Below are positions 56,673-64,000 of a stretch of 64,000 nt of DNA, one piece after another. How positions within the stretch are numbered: the stretch's first letter is position 1; every line of letters begins with the position of its first letter. The notes under the pieces are model-generated. The model saw nothing but the letters and a program-made list of their open reading frames with translations. It was not told where the DNA came from and made no database searches. The DNA lies in assembly GCA_021463465.1 (NCBI GenBank), contig JAJTYH010000003.1, positions 275,549 to 339,548 of the forward strand, written 5' to 3'. The translations under genes and the position numbers were made by a program. Source of the DNA: a bacterium (GTDB lineage: Bacteria > Patescibacteriota > Dojkabacteria > SC72).

Positions 56673-56723
56673 GCAACCTTCGCAGTGACAGTGCGATGCT
56701 CTAACCAGTTGAGCTACCACTCC
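56647..56723 (-). tRNA. tRNA-Asp (anticodon GTC), CCA encoded
   Basis: The reverse complement GGAGTGGTAGCTCAACTGGTTAGAGCATCGCACTGTCACTGCGAAGGTTGCGGGTTCGAGCCCCGTCCATTCCGCCA folds as a canonical cloverleaf with anticodon loop CTGTCAC. Confidence 0.9.
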
Positions 56724-56797
56724 AAAAATGCTTTGAAAGTATATCAAAGTGAGTGTGTATTTACAATAAAACGTTGAGTGAGGTATTCTAATAATGC

Positions 56798-57538
56798 ATG
56801 AAAATCTACACACTAATCTTCGATAAGAAATTCGAACTCCAAACAGAATCAGGATTCTTAAATGAGAATCTCATCCAAAAAATTGCTGATAAGCTTGAAG
56901 AAGGAAAATTAGAAGGCAAACTACGTTATAAAGGTGACCACCTTTACTGGCATGTGGTTAAACACAAAAGTAATTATGTGGTTTCTGTTGTTGATGTTAC
57001 GGAGTTTATACAATACAAGAGAGAGGCAATGCTTGACCAACTCACAGGGCTATACACACGACATGCGTATTGGAGGTTGTTGGGCAATGAGGTTGATGAA
57101 GCAGTGCGTCTTAAGCACCTCTTAGGGGTTGTGTTCATCGATATTGACAACCTAAAATCAATTAACGCTGAAAGAGGATATCTTGGTGGTGACTTTGTAA
57201 TCCAGGGAATTGCACACCTTGTATTAAAAGTTATACGAAAATACGACAATGCTGTTAGACTTGGTGGCGATGAATTTTTGGTTTTGATTAATTTGAAAGA
57301 CGAGCATCGAACTTTGTTTGAAAAAACTGTCATTCGTATTTACAAAAAGATTCACGAAAAAGCAAAAGAGTTCTCTTCGGCCACTGTGGTTGGAACTGTC
57401 CTTGAACCCAGCGTACTAGAGAAACTTCATAAGGCCAGAAATCTCAAAGAGGAATGGGAGAAAGTTATTGAAAGTTTAGATAATCAGGTTATAAGTGCTA
57501 AACGAAGTGGAAAAGATAATTATCGAATAATTCCCTAG
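56798..57538 (+). CDS. GGDEF-domain diguanylate cyclase with a short N-terminal domain of unknown function
   Basis: An intact GGDEF active site RLGGDEFLVLI and an upstream DxDxLK-like VFIDIDNLKSINAERGY. Confidence 0.8.
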   Translation: MKIYTLIFDKKFELQTESGFLNENLIQKIADKLEEGKLEGKLRYKGDHLYWHVVKHKSNYVVSVVDVTEFIQYKREAMLDQLTGLYTRHAYWRLLGNEVDEAVRLKHLLGVVFIDIDNLKSINAERGYLGGDFVIQGIAHLVLKVIRKYDNAVRLGGDEFLVLINLKDEHRTLFEKTVIRIYKKIHEKAKEFSSATVVGTVLEPSVLEKLHKARNLKEEWEKVIESLDNQVISAKRSGKDNYRIIP

Positions 57539-57858
57539 CCTAAATACTTATTTATTGTTTCAATGTAGTTTTGCTTAGGTTGTAAACCAATCATTTGGTC
57601 CACTAATTTCCCATCCTTAAAAAACATAATCGTAGGAATACTCATGACTTGATACTGCATTGATGTATTAGGGTTTTGATCTACATTAAGTTTGTAAACC
57701 TTAATTTTCCCTTCTAATTCTTGAGCTATTTCATCAATCAACGGACTTAGCACAACGCATGGAGTACACCATGCTGCCCAGAAATCAACAAGCACAAGTC
57801 CTTTGCTCTCAAGGATTTCTTTTTTAAAATCGTTATCTGTTACTGCTAAATCTGACAT
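57535..57858 (-). CDS. trxA: Thioredoxin
   Basis: 107-aa thioredoxin fold with the active site WAAWCTPCV (CTPC rather than the canonical CGPC). Confidence 0.85.
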   Translation of the reverse strand: MSDLAVTDNDFKKEILESKGLVLVDFWAAWCTPCVVLSPLIDEIAQELEGKIKVYKLNVDQNPNTSMQYQVMSIPTIMFFKDGKLVDQMIGLQPKQNYIETINKYLG

Positions 57859-57925
57859 AATATGTGGTAAAATCTTACACTTATACTATATTTTAAACGT
57901 TAAACATCCTTTTACGCAAGTGTGT

Positions 57926-59026
57926 ATGGAAATTTGCAAGTTAAATGCTGACAATTTAGATGAAATAGTCGCTAAAGCTGTAAATGTACTAAAAAACGGT
58001 GGTTTTATTATCTATCCTACTGAAACTTGCTACGGTATAGGTGCTGATGCTACTAATCAAGAGGCGGTCAATAAACTCTACGATTATAAAGGTTTTAGAG
58101 GTCAGAAACCTTTTTCAATGGCCGTAAAAGATAGAAAAATGGCTGAAAAGTATGTTGAGATTAATGACATTGCTGATAATCTCTATAAAAATTATCTACC
58201 TGGGCCAGTGACTGTAGTTTCAAACAGTAAAGGTGGAGTTGCAGTGGGAGTGGAAACTCCTTGGAAAACTATCGGAATTAGAATTCCTGACCATGTTATA
58301 CCTATTGCAATTGTAACAGCATACGGTAAGCCAATTACAGCAACCTCTGCCAACGTCTCATACAAACCGATTGCATATTCAATTGAGAGTTTGTTAGCCC
58401 ATACTCCTAAAAAATCTCAGAAATATCTTAATTTAATAATTGATGCGGGAGATTTGCCTAAAAATGTGCCCTCTACCGTCTTGGACACCACTTTAAACAG
58501 TCTGACTGTTCTCAGACAGGGAAAGGATGAGTTTAAAAACGCAATCAAAAAGTCCAACCTAGTTGTAACCAAAGTTACCAATTCTACTGATGAAACAATA
58601 CAGATGGGCAAAGAGGTAGCCAATAAGTTTGTGCCAATACACGATAACGGTCCCCTTGTGTTTGCATTAAGCGGTGAGCTTGGGGCAGGGAAGACTCAGT
58701 TTACAAAAGGGATAGGGGAGTATTTAATGGTTGAAGATATAGTAAATTCGCCCACGTATACGATTATAAATGAATACAAGGGAAGTACTGTAGAGTTAGC
58801 CTTTATCCATATGGATACATGGAGGATAGCAAATCACGGTGAGTTTATGCGGTCAGGTTTGCAACAGTACCTAGCCACAAGTGAGATTGTTGTTGTGGAG
58901 TGGGCAGATAAGTATTACAAAGAGCTAGAGGAGTTGGTAAGCGAATTTGGAGGGAAAATTGTGAAGGTAGACTTCAAATACTTAGATCAAAACACAAGGG
59001 AGATTTCAGTCTATGAAAACAGGTGA
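57926..59026 (+). CDS. Fusion of L-threonylcarbamoyladenylate synthase (TsaC/YrdC domain) and TsaE (P-loop ATPase of the t6A pathway)
   Basis: The N-terminal YrdC fold IIYPTETCYGIGADATNQEAV...STVLDTTLNSLTVLRQG is followed by C-terminal TsaE with LVFALSGELGAGKTQFTKGI and SPTYTIINEY. The supplied ORF begins at 57803, but the Met at 57926 avoids overlapping trxA. Confidence 0.7.
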   Translation: MEICKLNADNLDEIVAKAVNVLKNGGFIIYPTETCYGIGADATNQEAVNKLYDYKGFRGQKPFSMAVKDRKMAEKYVEINDIADNLYKNYLPGPVTVVSNSKGGVAVGVETPWKTIGIRIPDHVIPIAIVTAYGKPITATSANVSYKPIAYSIESLLAHTPKKSQKYLNLIIDAGDLPKNVPSTVLDTTLNSLTVLRQGKDEFKNAIKKSNLVVTKVTNSTDETIQMGKEVANKFVPIHDNGPLVFALSGELGAGKTQFTKGIGEYLMVEDIVNSPTYTIINEYKGSTVELAFIHMDTWRIANHGEFMRSGLQQYLATSEIVVVEWADKYYKELEELVSEFGGKIVKVDFKYLDQNTREISVYENR

Positions 59027-60083
59027 AGTTAAAATTTTAGCCTTTGATACTAGTTGCGATGAGACTTCGGTAGCTGTGGTTCAGGGTCGTAAAGTTCTAT
59101 CAAAAGTCAGGTTTTCTCAAGTAAATTTACATGCACAGTGGGGCGGAGTTGTACCTGCTATTGCACGTAGAGCTCATCAAGAAACTATTGGTACTGTTTA
59201 TGAAGAAGCCTTGAGAAAAGCTAAATGTCAGATTGATGAGGTGGATTACATTGCGGTTACCTATGGACCGGGCTTGGCAATTGATTTGGAAGTAGGGGTA
59301 GAATTTGCCAAAAATTTAGCATTACGATATTCCAAGCCATTAATTCCAGTAAATCATATGGAAGGTCACCTGCTCTCTTCCCTTGCACTTAATTCCAAAG
59401 GTAACGGTTTTATAAGTGAAGCCAAGCTAAAAACAATTTTTCCTGCTTTAGGTTTATTAGTCTCTGGTAAACATACCGAGCTTATTTATGTAAAAGGTTT
59501 TGGGGAATACAAGAAATTAGGTCAGACGTTGGATGATGCCGCCGGAGAAGCCTTTGATAAGGTAGGAAGGATGCTTAACTTCGGTTATCCTGGTGGTCCA
59601 GTAGTCTCAGAATTTGCTAAGAGAGGTACACTTGGAGTGATTGACCTTCCCATTCCAATGGAAAAATCTAAGGACTTAAACTTTAGCTATTCAGGACTTA
59701 AAACAGCGTGTTTGTATAAGATAAAGGTTCTAAGAGAATCTAGGCTATCAGAAAAAGACTGGGTTTATGATTTCTGTCGGAGTTTTGTAGAGAGTGTCAC
59801 TCAATCTTTGCTCATTAAGCTTGAGATGGCACTTGAAATGCACCCAGAAATTAAGACAGTATTGGTAGGAGGGGGTGTAATTGCTAATGAGCATATTTTA
59901 CGAGCCTTAGGTAAGGTTACTAAATTGAGAAATAAAGATTATTTCTATCCTTTAGCTGAGGACAGAGGAGATAATGCTGCTATGATTGGAGTTGCTGCCT
60001 ATTACAATTTTAAACAAAATATCATTTTAAAGTCTGATAGTGATATTAATTCTCTAGAGAGGAATCCTAGATTAAGCCTATGA
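59013..60083 (+). CDS. tsaD: tRNA N6-adenosine threonylcarbamoyltransferase TsaD (Kae1/Gcp family)
   Basis: ILAFDTSCDETSVAVV N-terminus, the metal-binding HMEGHLL motif and an ASKHA fold length of about 350 aa. Overlaps the upstream gene by 14 nt. Confidence 0.85.
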   Translation: MKTGEVKILAFDTSCDETSVAVVQGRKVLSKVRFSQVNLHAQWGGVVPAIARRAHQETIGTVYEEALRKAKCQIDEVDYIAVTYGPGLAIDLEVGVEFAKNLALRYSKPLIPVNHMEGHLLSSLALNSKGNGFISEAKLKTIFPALGLLVSGKHTELIYVKGFGEYKKLGQTLDDAAGEAFDKVGRMLNFGYPGGPVVSEFAKRGTLGVIDLPIPMEKSKDLNFSYSGLKTACLYKIKVLRESRLSEKDWVYDFCRSFVESVTQSLLIKLEMALEMHPEIKTVLVGGGVIANEHILRALGKVTKLRNKDYFYPLAEDRGDNAAMIGVAAYYNFKQNIILKSDSDINSLERNPRLSL

Positions 60084-60584
60084 CTTTTTTCTTGTCAAAG
60101 TTTGGATTGTAGCTTTTGTCCCTCCTGTTAAAGGCTTTTTATAGATTAAAACGTTTGAACTAAAATTTGGATCTACGGCTATACCTATCTCCATATCGCT
60201 ATGTGTATCAGCGATAACTATCCCAAAGTGACTTGCTTTAACACTATTCTCAACTTGAGGCGCTAGATTCTTGTCCATCATCCCCATTCGTACATGTGAC
60301 TTTGATTGTTCGTCAAAAACTTCTAAAGTTAGGGTTTTAGGGTCATAAGTATATCTGATATGAGGCATAGATAATGAATAACCATCCTCTGCCTCATTTG
60401 CACCAACTGTTTTTAGATATTTATGGACATCTAGCATTGTGCGTGTAACATTCTCAATATGCCTGCTATCATCTGGTCCAATTTTCTCTCTTACTTTGGG
60501 ATGTAATACTGCCTGCGTGAGAACCCCTGTGGCTACGTTTGCCTTTTCGTATTGATTAAGTAGTGTGTCAGCTAAAAGTGCCAT
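60078..60584 (-). CDS. Hypothetical protein
   Basis: 168-aa ORF immediately downstream of eno on the minus strand, with no recognised motif. Confidence 0.45.
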   Translation of the reverse strand: MALLADTLLNQYEKANVATGVLTQAVLHPKVREKIGPDDSRHIENVTRTMLDVHKYLKTVGANEAEDGYSLSMPHIRYTYDPKTLTLEVFDEQSKSHVRMGMMDKNLAPQVENSVKASHFGIVIADTHSDMEIGIAVDPNFSSNVLIYKKPLTGGTKATIQTLTRKKS

Positions 60585-61856
60585 TTACGATATTTCATCT
60601 TCAATTTCAAGTAGTCTATTGTACTTAGCAAGTCTTTCACCTCTGTCGGGTCCACCAAACTTAGTTATTGGGGCGTTTGTGCCAACCGCTAAATCCGCAA
60701 TCATACTATCATTCGTTTCTCCACCTCGATGAGAAACTATTGGCAACCAACCTGTGTCGTTTGTTAGTTTAATTGCCTCTAGTGTCTCTGTTACGCTACC
60801 TATTTGATTAAGCTTGATAAGGACAGAATTGGTAGCGTTTGAAGCAATACCTTTCTTAATTCTTTCTACATTAGTCGTATAGAAGTCGTCACCAACAATT
60901 GTATATTTATCTCCGAACTCTTTAGTGAATTTCGACCAAGTCGCCCAATCTTCCTGATCGAAAGGATCTTCAATTGATTGTACTGGATACTGAGCATACA
61001 GCTCTTTTTGGAAGTCATACCACTCCTGTGAGGTTAGGGATAAACCTTCACGTTTTGGATTGTACTTTTCTGTCTTTTTATCATAGAACTCAGATGAGGC
61101 TACATCAAAAGCTAATTTGAAATCGTCGTCTGGTTTATATCCTGCTTTTTCGATTCCTTTAAGTATTATTTCAAATGCTTCCTTATTTGATTTGATTTCT
61201 GTTGGGGCAAATGCACCTTCGAATCCAACGGTTGCGCTATATCCCATGCCATGAAGTATGTCGTGAGTAGAATGAAAGATTTCAGCTCCTGCTCGCAACT
61301 GCTCTCGAAAGTTAGGAAATCTGTTTTTTTGTGGAACAATCATAAACTCTTGGAAATCGGTTGCCCAATCTCCATGTGCCCCTCCCTCCATTAAAAGAAT
61401 AAGTGGGGTGGGCATAACCATTTTAACTTGAGACGTTGCACCAAAGTATAATTGTTGGAAATATTCGTAAAGCTGTAAACCTTTTGATTTAGCTGTTGCT
61501 TGGCAAAAGGCCATGGACACAGATAGGATACTGTTTCCACCTAGTACTTTCTTAAGCTTAGTACCATCTAACTCTATAAGAAAACGATCAAGTTCTACTT
61601 GGGAGTTAAAGGTCTTTCCTATTAAATTTTTAGAAATTTCATCATTGACAACTTCTACTGCTTTGAGTACCCCTTTGCCAAAGTATCGCTTTGGATCACC
61701 ATCTCTGAGTTCAAGTACTTCTGTGTCACCTGTGGAGGCTCCTGACGGTATTTCTGCTTTGCCAATTGACCCATCACTAAGCCATAATGTAGTTGAAACA
61801 GTAGGTATCCCTCTGGAGTCAAGAATTTCATGAGCTTTTATCTTCGTGATAGTCAT
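60585..61856 (-). CDS. eno: Enolase (phosphopyruvate hydratase)
   Basis: N-terminal HEILDSRGIPTV..., the enolase signature VSHRGGETND and the metal-binding residues are collinear with enolase. Confidence 0.95.
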   Translation of the reverse strand: MTITKIKAHEILDSRGIPTVSTTLWLSDGSIGKAEIPSGASTGDTEVLELRDGDPKRYFGKGVLKAVEVVNDEISKNLIGKTFNSQVELDRFLIELDGTKLKKVLGGNSILSVSMAFCQATAKSKGLQLYEYFQQLYFGATSQVKMVMPTPLILLMEGGAHGDWATDFQEFMIVPQKNRFPNFREQLRAGAEIFHSTHDILHGMGYSATVGFEGAFAPTEIKSNKEAFEIILKGIEKAGYKPDDDFKLAFDVASSEFYDKKTEKYNPKREGLSLTSQEWYDFQKELYAQYPVQSIEDPFDQEDWATWSKFTKEFGDKYTIVGDDFYTTNVERIKKGIASNATNSVLIKLNQIGSVTETLEAIKLTNDTGWLPIVSHRGGETNDSMIADLAVGTNAPITKFGGPDRGERLAKYNRLLEIEDEIS

Positions 61857-61873
61857 ATGGGCAGATACAAGTT

Positions 61874-62719
61874 CTATTTTTTAAGATCAATCAAAAAGGA
61901 AGCGTTATTGTCAGTCATCGTGGTAGGTAGTATGCCATTCCACTTTTCAATCCAAAGCTTTTTAATTAGTGCGTTACTTAGAGTTTGTTGTTGTAATCTT
62001 TGTGCGGCTGCATCACCCTCTGCTTTTGTGATGGTAGCTTTCTTTCTAAACTCTTCCTGTTGTGCTATATACTGCTCAGTGATGACTTTCTCTTTCTCAA
62101 TCTGCTTCTGTTCTACTGCATCAACGTAATCCGATTGGAAATTGATTGATCGAATTCCGAATTCGTCCAAAATGAGTCCGTTCTGTTCGAATCGTGGCTT
62201 TAGAGCTTCGGCTATTTTGATTGAGGCCTCTTCGATGTTGCCTGAGTAGAGATCAATAGCTTCAAAATCTCTAGGGATATTTCGCGTCCAGATTCTTGCA
62301 TCAGTTTTTACAATTTTTTCAACCAATTCCTCCTCAGTGCCTAAGTTTTCAGCTACCTCTCTCACCTTCGTTGGATTTACTGAAAAACGGACAGAGAATC
62401 TGACTGATACCTGCTGTCCATCTTTAGTCGTTGTATCAACTGGGAAATCTTGATAATCAGCATTTGAGGCTCCTTCGTTTGGGTTAGCAAGGGTTTCGTA
62501 AATGATTTTTTGAGTCCGATAAACAATTACGGTATCAACAAAGGGGATTTTAACATGCAAGCCAGGCACTACTGGTTCCCCAACGATTTGTCCGAATCTT
62601 GTAACTACACCAATTGTGCCGTACTTAACGGTATATAGGGTGTCCGTGACGATACCTAAGACAAAAAGTCCTAGCACAATGTATCCGAACACTTTGATTC
62701 CTGATGTGAACTTATCCAT
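61874..62719 (-). CDS. SPFH/band-7 (prohibitin/stomatin/HflC-like) membrane protein
   Basis: An N-terminal TM helix, then the SPFH core YTVKYGTIGVVTRFGQIVG... and a coiled-coil C-terminus. Confidence 0.8.
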   Translation of the reverse strand: MDKFTSGIKVFGYIVLGLFVLGIVTDTLYTVKYGTIGVVTRFGQIVGEPVVPGLHVKIPFVDTVIVYRTQKIIYETLANPNEGASNADYQDFPVDTTTKDGQQVSVRFSVRFSVNPTKVREVAENLGTEEELVEKIVKTDARIWTRNIPRDFEAIDLYSGNIEEASIKIAEALKPRFEQNGLILDEFGIRSINFQSDYVDAVEQKQIEKEKVITEQYIAQQEEFRKKATITKAEGDAAAQRLQQQTLSNALIKKLWIEKWNGILPTTMTDNNASFLIDLKK

Positions 62720-62772
62720 TAATTAATTTTTGAATTTAATTACTTATATTTAACCACTAAATAAGCAAAATC

Positions 62773-63480
62773 TCAATTTCCAATGAGGCTTAGAAGTTCT
62801 AAAATATTATGAATTGTGTGCTGAGGATATACTTCTTTGAGCATCTCTCGGTTATCGTCTCGGTCTGTTTTCAGCCATACGGAAGGAATTTTTGCGGCAT
62901 TAGCACCTTCTACATCAGTAGCAAGAGAATCTCCGACCATAAATACTTCATGAGGTGAAAGTTCCATTTTATTTAATGCCATTAGAAATATTGCAGGATG
63001 TGGTTTTTCTACACCAGCTTCTTGGCTTGTAACAAGGTAGTCAACTTCAGTCGTTATACCGAGTTTTACAATTTTACGAAGTTGGACAAAAGAAGTTAGA
63101 TTACTTACGATACACACTTTTAATCCTCTTTTTTTTAACTCGATTAAAACCTCTTTTGTGTTTGGTAAAAGCTCTAGGTGATTAATGAGAGTATCCCAAT
63201 AAGCTAAGTAATGTCTGATTATCAGTTCAGGAATAACCGTGTTGTGGGTCTTCTCAATCATTCTTTGTATATAAAAAAGTCGCTCATGTGAGGCTGCCAT
63301 GCCCTTATGCTCCCTTTTTATTTCAGATCTTGCCTCTTTGAATAACAGGTCGAATGAATCCTTTTCGATTGGAAATTCTTTTGAGTATGACTCGTACATG
63401 GCTTGAAGTCCAAAATCGTGTGCTTTACCTTCAGAGTCACACAGTGTTGAGTCCAAATCAAAAATAACACCCTTTGTCAT
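62773..63480 (-). CDS. HAD-superfamily hydrolase
   Basis: Motif I GVIFDLDSTLCDS and motif IV MVGDSLATDVEGA. Confidence 0.75.
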   Translation of the reverse strand: MTKGVIFDLDSTLCDSEGKAHDFGLQAMYESYSKEFPIEKDSFDLLFKEARSEIKREHKGMAASHERLFYIQRMIEKTHNTVIPELIIRHYLAYWDTLINHLELLPNTKEVLIELKKRGLKVCIVSNLTSFVQLRKIVKLGITTEVDYLVTSQEAGVEKPHPAIFLMALNKMELSPHEVFMVGDSLATDVEGANAAKIPSVWLKTDRDDNREMLKEVYPQHTIHNILELLSLIGN

Positions 63481-63577
63481 TTTGTTATGTCTTAAAAGTA
63501 ATCATTTTGATTTAATCACGATTATGCCTCGCTTTCAATATTTATTTGATTTTGATATCATCAGAGAATTACTTTTT

Positions 63578-63661
63578 GCCGAGGTGGCGAAATTGGCAGA
63601 CGCACTACCTTGAGGTGGTAGCGGGAGCAATCCTTTGCAGGTTCAAGTCCTGTCCTCGGCA
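63578..63661 (+). tRNA. tRNA-Leu (anticodon GAG), type II with a long variable arm; no CCA encoded
   Basis: Acceptor GCCGAGG/CCTCGGC, anticodon stem CTACC/GGTAG with loop TTGAGGT, a long variable arm and T-arm GCAGG-TTCAAGT-CCTGT. Confidence 0.85.
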
Positions 63662-63767
63662 GTTTCTTCAAGGACATTAATCACCTTTAATTATCAGATT
63701 TAGTTAAAATTCTGCATATTATTTTGAATGATTCGGTCGTAAATACATTCAATATTTATACAGTAAC

Positions 63768-64000
63768 ATGTATAGTGTAAGCGTGAATAGAAGGGACTTT
63801 TTAAAATTAGGTGGGGCAAGTATTGGTGCAGCTGCAGGTTTATGGTATGAAGCGAAACAGAAACTTTCTCCGACAGGTGTAGTTGAAAGTGTCATTAACT
63901 CAGTACCAGAGCCAAAAGAGAATTCAGCGAATACAGATATAATTTTGATTGAAGATTTAGAAAAGGAAGTTGAATTTAAACTTCGAGATTGCCCATATTC
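63768..64000 (+). CDS. Partial CDS for a protein with a twin-arginine (Tat) signal peptide; the 3' end lies outside the window
   Basis: MYSVSVNRRDFLKLGGASIGAAAGLWYEAK contains the RRxFLK Tat motif followed by an A-rich hydrophobic region. Confidence 0.45.
   Translation, partial: MYSVSVNRRDFLKLGGASIGAAAGLWYEAKQKLSPTGVVESVINSVPEPKENSANTDIILIEDLEKEVEFKLRDCPY

Noticed and set aside
56583-56813. 76-aa minus-strand ORF (…AQLVRASHCHCEGCGFEPRPF…)
   Set aside because: It reads straight through tRNA-Asp. It is a classic spurious translation of a tRNA gene.
57803-57925. N-terminal 41-aa extension of the TsaC-TsaE ORF given in the track
   Set aside because: It overlaps the 3' end of trxA on the opposite strand and lacks homology to YrdC. 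The conserved domain starts after the internal Met at 57926.
1-64000. CRISPR arrays, rRNA and a recoded genetic code (UGA or UAG reassignment)
   Set aside because: No regularly spaced short repeats with unique spacers were seen. No rRNA-like conserved stretches were seen. The ORFs are long and contiguous under the standard code, so no recoding is needed.

Overview
AT-rich bacterial window, densely coded and mostly hypothetical or surface proteins; the ORFs read long under the standard code. The gene content suggests a reduced-genome, possibly CPR/Patescibacteria-like lineage, but that is a low-confidence inference. From 5' to 3' the window contains: (i) a DsbA-like/VKOR-like disulfide-bond pair. 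(ii) A large same-strand glycan-assembly locus at 1834-15247: two ArnT/PMT-type GT-C membrane transferases, several GT2/GT4 enzymes, a Wzm/Wzt-type ABC exporter and a CstII/DUF115-like enzyme. It resumes after an M23 peptidase, secA and a small zinc-ribbon acidic protein with two more GT4 genes and a PglC-like monotopic phosphoglycosyl transferase. (iii) recO, tRNA-Lys and a pair of paralogous membrane proteins carrying CarboxypepD_reg/Cna-B-like domains. (iv) A cell-surface protein locus at 32062-46105 dominated by a 3085-aa multi-domain giant protein. That protein has a Gly-rich module, beta-helix-like repeats, a BNR motif, two LamG-like domains and a DUF2341-like segment. Its roughly 270-aa Cys-patterned C-terminal module is duplicated at the C-terminus of the next secreted protein. 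(v) A histidine-decarboxylase-like PLP enzyme with unknown neighbours. (vi) A roughly 4.3-kb segment bounded by imperfect direct repeats that include the 3' end of tRNA-Asp. Its cargo is three zinc-ribbon proteins, one of them an M48 protease, and no integrase is visible. (vii) A housekeeping block with a GGDEF protein, thioredoxin, a YrdC(TsaC)-TsaE fusion, tsaD, eno, an SPFH protein, a HAD hydrolase and tRNA-Leu. The most interesting candidates for undescribed biology are the giant-protein surface locus with its shared C-terminal module, the tRNA-Asp-bounded zinc-ribbon/M48 segment, and a strongly RBS-preceded 26-codon Pro/Gly/Asp-rich micro-ORF.
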